Positions 58,731 to 64,000 of a stretch of DNA of 64,000 bases are shown one piece after another. Numbering within the stretch: position 1 is the first letter of the stretch; every line of letters begins with the position of its first letter. Under the pieces are notes generated by a model, which was given only the letters and a program-made list of their open reading frames with translations, was not told where the DNA came from and made no database searches. A program made the translations under genes and the position numbers. Source of the DNA: Cyanobacteriota bacterium (GTDB lineage Bacteria > Cyanobacteriota > Cyanobacteriia > PCC-6307 > Cyanobiaceae); contig JBJOMY010000004.1 of assembly GCA_046052125.1 (NCBI GenBank), positions 32,001 through 96,000 on the forward strand, in the 5' to 3' direction.

Positions 58731-58819
58731 CTCCCTCCGCCGGGCGTCTCGACGCCGCGACCCTGGCAGCGTCTCTGGCGCCATGCCAATGGTTTCGCCT
58801 TCTTCATTGCATTCCATCC

Positions 58820-59131
58820 ATGGCTGCTGTTTCTCTCAGCGTTTCCACCGTCAAGCCCCTCGGCGATCGCATCTTCATCAAGGTGTCGGAGTCTGAGGAA
58901 AAAACCGCCGGCGGCATCCTTCTGCCCGACACCGCCAAGGAAAAGCCCCAGGTGGGCGAAGTGGTGCAGGTGGGCCCCGGTAAGCGCAACGACGACGGCT
59001 CCCGTCAGTCCCCCGAAGTGAGCGTGGGCGACAAGGTCCTCTACAGCAAGTACGCCGGCACCGACATCAAGCTCGGCACCGATGAATACGTGCTGCTGTC
59101 CGAGAAGGACATCCTGGCTGTCGTCAACTGA
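58820..59131 (+). CDS. groES: Co-chaperonin GroES
   Basis: [29 protein letters not shown]. Confidence 0.99.
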   Translation: MAAVSLSVSTVKPLGDRIFIKVSESEEKTAGGILLPDTAKEKPQVGEVVQVGPGKRNDDGSRQSPEVSVGDKVLYSKYAGTDIKLGTDEYVLLSEKDILAVVN

Positions 59132-59157
59132 GCTCAGGCTCGCCTTCAGTTCTTTAA

Positions 59158-60816
<1,659 letters not shown>

Positions 60817-60826
60817 TGAGCCCGCG

Positions 60827-60890
60827 GGGAGGGCAACCTCCCCAAAGTCATCCACGCGATCAACCGGGAGGGCGCAAGCCCTCTTTTTTT
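60827..60890 (+). terminator. Tandem GCAA-loop hairpins, second one an intrinsic terminator
   Basis: GGGAGG-GCAA-CCTCCC then GAGGGC-GCAA-GCCCTC-TTTTTTT. Confidence 0.85.
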
Positions 60891-60970
60891 GTTGCCGGTT
60901 TTTGTTGCCAGAGGCTTGCCGAGCAGGCCTGTGCCGACTGTTACGGATGACACTGAAAGCGGCCGGGACG

Positions 60971-60984
60971 GTAACTGTTGATAC
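60971..60984 (+). promoter_or_regulatory. NtcA binding site upstream of amt
   Basis: GTA-ACTGTTGA-TAC, perfect GTA-N8-TAC, 49 nt before ATG 61034. Confidence 0.88.
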
Positions 60985-61033
60985 CAAGCAGGGGGCTGCT
61001 TGGACGGCAGGGTCGCTGCCAACTGATGAGGCA

Positions 61034-62302
61034 ATGGTGCTTCTGTTTGCTGCCGATCCGGCATTGCACAGCGCCAATAACGGCTTTGTGCTGATGAGTG
61101 CGGCGCTGGTGTTGATGATGACGCCGGCCTTGGCGCTTTTCTACGCCGGCTTTGTGCGCAGCCGCAATGTGCTCAACACCATGGTGATGAGCTTCGCTGC
61201 CATGGGGCTAGTGAGCGTGCTCTGGGTGCTGTTCGGCTACAGCCTGGCGTTCTCCCCCGGCCAGGGCGCTTTGGCTCCGTTCATCGGTGGCTTGCAGTGG
61301 GCGGGGTTGAGCAATTGGTCGGCCCCCTACGGCGATGGCCAGCTCAGCCATGGCGCCGTGGCCTTCTTCCAGCTCACCTTCGCGATCATCACGCCTGCAC
61401 TGATCTCAGGGGCCGTGGTGGAGCGCATGAATTTCCGCGCTTGGCTGGCGTTCGTGATTCTTTGGAGCACCTTCATTTATCTGCCTCTGGCCCACATGGT
61501 GTGGGGGCCTGGCGGTTTCCTTGGGCCTGAGGGCCTTGGTGCCCTCGACTTCGCCGGTGGCCTGGTGGTGGAGATGGCTTCGGGTGTGGGTGCAGCCGTG
61601 ACGGCTGCGGTGGTGGGCAGCCGCCGCAACTACCCCGCCCACAACTCACCGCCGCACAACGTGCCCTTCATCCTGCTCGGGGCTGGCTTGCTGTGGTTCG
61701 GCTGGTTTGGCTTCAACGGTGGCAGTGGCCTGGTGGCGGGTAATCTCGCCTCGCTGGCCTGCCTCACCACCAACTCTGCCGGCGCGGCTGCAGCCCTGGG
61801 CTGGATGGTGATCGAAACCCTGCAGCGCGGCAAGCCCACGGCCGTGGGTGTCGCCACCGGTGCTGTGGCTGGCCTGGTAGCGATCACGCCGGCGGCAGGG
61901 TTTGTGAGCCCGATCGGCGCCTTGGTGATCGGTTTCGCCGCTGCGGTGGTCTGCAACTGGGCCCTGCAGCTCAAGAACCGCTCCAAACTCGATGACAGCC
62001 TCGACGTGCTGCCTGTGCACGGGGTGGCTGGCCTGCTCGGCATCCTGCTCACTGGCCTGTTCGCCCTGAAGGCGGTGAACCCCGCGGGTGCCGATGGTCT
62101 GCTGGCCGGCAACGCCGCTCAGTTTTGGATTCAGCTCAAGGCTGCTGGTTTCACCGCACTCTGGGTGGGGGTGGGCACCTTCGTGATCCTGCAGGTGCTG
62201 CGCATGCTGATGCCCTTGCGGGCCAGCGAAAACGACGAGCGCCAGGGGCTCGACATCAACGCCCACGGTGAGGAGGCTTACAACACCGAGTTCACGGGGT
62301 AG
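61034..62302 (+). CDS. amt: Ammonium transporter
   Basis: LMMTPALALFYAG, FQLTFA, DFAGG, WFGWFGFNGGS, DDSLDV..VHG. Confidence 0.96.
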   Translation: MVLLFAADPALHSANNGFVLMSAALVLMMTPALALFYAGFVRSRNVLNTMVMSFAAMGLVSVLWVLFGYSLAFSPGQGALAPFIGGLQWAGLSNWSAPYGDGQLSHGAVAFFQLTFAIITPALISGAVVERMNFRAWLAFVILWSTFIYLPLAHMVWGPGGFLGPEGLGALDFAGGLVVEMASGVGAAVTAAVVGSRRNYPAHNSPPHNVPFILLGAGLLWFGWFGFNGGSGLVAGNLASLACLTTNSAGAAAALGWMVIETLQRGKPTAVGVATGAVAGLVAITPAAGFVSPIGALVIGFAAAVVCNWALQLKNRSKLDDSLDVLPVHGVAGLLGILLTGLFALKAVNPAGADGLLAGNAAQFWIQLKAAGFTALWVGVGTFVILQVLRMLMPLRASENDERQGLDINAHGEEAYNTEFTG

Positions 62303-62303
62303 C

Positions 62304-62786
62304 TCAGGCCTGAGGCTTGAAGGTGAGGGCCACGCCGTTGTTGCAATAGCGCTTGCCGGTGGGTTTGGGGCCGTCGTTAAACACGTGCCCCTGATGTCCG
62401 CCGCAGCGCCGGCAGTGGTATTCCGTGCGCGGCACGATCAGCTTGAAATCCACTTGGGTGGCAATCGCTTTGGGCAACGGTTGCCAGAAGCTGGGCCAGC
62501 CGGTGCCGCTCTCGTATTTCGCCTTGGAGCTGAACAGCGGGAGATCGCAGCCGGCGCAATGGAAGGTGCCAGCCCGCTTTTCATTGTTCAGCGGGCTGCT
62601 GAAGGGCCGCTCGGTGCCTTCCTTGCGCAGCACCTGATACGCGGCGGGGCTCAGCAGTTGCTTCCACTGGGCATCAGTGAGCTGCCATTGGGGATCTGCG
62701 GCGGCGGCTGCCGCTTCGGCGGCCCGAGGCATGAGCAGCGGGCTCAGCAGGGCCGCCATCTGGGCCAGAAGCGTGCGGCGAGGCAT
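62304..62786 (-). CDS. msrB: Methionine-R-sulfoxide reductase with twin-arginine-like leader
   Basis: GTERPF, CxxC x2, SGTGWPSF, GHVF.DGP, RYCNNG; leader PRRTLL. Confidence 0.95.
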   Translation of the reverse strand: MPRRTLLAQMAALLSPLLMPRAAEAAAAAADPQWQLTDAQWKQLLSPAAYQVLRKEGTERPFSSPLNNEKRAGTFHCAGCDLPLFSSKAKYESGTGWPSFWQPLPKAIATQVDFKLIVPRTEYHCRRCGGHQGHVFNDGPKPTGKRYCNNGVALTFKPQA

Positions 62787-62805
62787 GGTCAAGGAGTGCT
62801 CCGGA

Positions 62806-63039
62806 TCAGAGCTTGAACCAGCCGGCGCTCAACGCCGTGGCCAGGCCGAGGAAGATCGCGAGCAGGGTCCAGCTGATGCGGTTGAGAGTGGCTTCAGCAC
62901 TGCGGGCACTGCTGAACATTGAGCTGCCGCTGGAGGCCAGGCCGCCCATGCCATCGCCCTTGGGGCTGTGGAGCAGCACGCTGATCATCAGCAGCACGCC
63001 GCTGACCAGCCAGATCCAGGTGAAAACAGTTTGGAGCAT
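62806..63039 (-). CDS. secG: Preprotein translocase SecG
   Basis: LLHSPKGDGMGG...SAEATLNR; 2 TM. Confidence 0.95.
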   Translation of the reverse strand: MLQTVFTWIWLVSGVLLMISVLLHSPKGDGMGGLASSGSSMFSSARSAEATLNRISWTLLAIFLGLATALSAGWFKL

Positions 63040-63061
63040 GGCTTAAGGCTAGTGGCAGGGC

Positions 63062-64000
63062 TCAGACGCCAAGGGTCTGAGGAATGCGGCTGGGCACGGC
63101 AGGACTCCCCACCGGCAGGATCAGCGAGGTGCCTGTCATGCGAGCCGGTTGGGGCAGCCCCAGGATCTCCAGCAGCGTGGGGGCCACATCCGCCAGGCCG
63201 CCGCCGCTCCGCAGTTCAACAGCGTTGCCATGGCCCGGAAGCTTGCGCTGTTCCCCTTCCACGAGGATCACGGGCACGGGGTTGGTGGTGTGAGCCGTCC
63301 AGGGGCGCCCGTCGGGGCCCTCCATCAATTCGGCATTGCCGTGATCGGCGGTCACCAGCAACGTGCCGCCCATGCGGTTGGTGGCCTCCAGCAGGCGACC
63401 GACGCTCTGATCCACGGTGGCAATGGCCTCAACGGTGGCGCCCATCTCACCGGTGTGCCCCACCATGTCGGGGTTGGCGTAATTGATCACCACCAGGGAA
63501 TAGATGCCTTTGTTGATCGCGGCGATGCAGTGATCCGTGAGCACTTCGGCCGACATGGCCGGCGCCTGGTCGTAGGTGGCCACCCTGGGGGAGGGCACCA
63601 AATGACGGTCTTCGCCTGGGTAAGGCTGCTCGATGCCACCGTTCATGAAATAGGTGACATGGGGATATTTTTCAGTTTCAGCGGTGCGGAACTGCCGCAA
63701 GCCGGCTTCTGACACCACCTGCCCGAGCAGGCCATCCAGCGATTCCGGTGGGAAGGCCACGGCCACGGGAAGGCCGGCTTCGTATTGGGTGAAGGTGACC
63801 ACCGAGAGGTCGTTGATCAGATCCCGATCGAAATCAGCGAACTCCGGCAGCACCAACGCGCGGATCAACTGCCGCACCCGATCGGGCCGGAAGTTGAAAC
63901 AGATCAAGCCGTCGCCGGCCTGAATGCTGCCCTTCTCCAGCCGGGTGGGTTCGAGGAATTCATCGCTGGTCCCAGCGGCGTAGGCGCTCTCCAGGATTTG
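63062..64000 (-). CDS. gpmI: 2,3-BPG-independent phosphoglycerate mutase (5' part outside window)
   Basis: [40 protein letters not shown]. Confidence 0.97.
   Translation of the reverse strand, partial: QILESAYAAGTSDEFLEPTRLEKGSIQAGDGLICFNFRPDRVRQLIRALVLPEFADFDRDLINDLSVVTFTQYEAGLPVAVAFPPESLDGLLGQVVSEAGLRQFRTAETEKYPHVTYFMNGGIEQPYPGEDRHLVPSPRVATYDQAPAMSAEVLTDHCIAAINKGIYSLVVINYANPDMVGHTGEMGATVEAIATVDQSVGRLLEATNRMGGTLLVTADHGNAELMEGPDGRPWTAHTTNPVPVILVEGEQRKLPGHGNAVELRSGGGLADVAPTLLEILGLPQPARMTGTSLILPVGSPAVPSRIPQTLGV

Noticed and set aside
60902..61033. N-terminal extension of Amt in ORF track
   Set aside because: Covers the NtcA box/promoter; ATG 61034 fits better

Overview
High-GC (by eye about two-thirds G+C) picocyanobacterial chromosome segment, Synechococcus/Cyanobium-like, dominated by core genes: end of rpoC2, rlmN, bioF-esterase-bioC-bioD, a Ski2/HelY helicase, purB, glnB, queF, ccs1/ccdA, ftsW, apcE and apcABC, both ATP synthase operons, ald, nadE/nadD, pepP, groESL with CIRCE, an amt with an NtcA box, msrB, secG and gpmI. 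Two accessory inserts stand out. The first is a small hicAB toxin-antitoxin pair between rlmH and purB. The second, and most interesting, is an 8-gene locus of about 8.7 kb (47902-56582) between ycf65/PSRP-3 and atp-epsilon. It contains a translationally coupled TerY-P-type triad (vWA, PP2C phosphatase, Ser/Thr kinase) extended with membrane components: an FHA-TM protein, a membrane-anchored PP2C, a single-pass protein with an exported domain, a divergent FHA-fused class A penicillin-binding protein and a rhomboid-fold protein that appears to lack the catalytic His. The two proteins flanking the locus seem to share an unnamed N-terminal helical domain of about 100 aa. I read this as a candidate phospho-signalling system coupled to the cell envelope (envelope-stress sensing or anti-phage); that function is inference. 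Several unannotated small ORFs, a probable non-canonical start codon and structured intergenic RNAs were also found. All calls come from motif recognition by eye; no searches were run.
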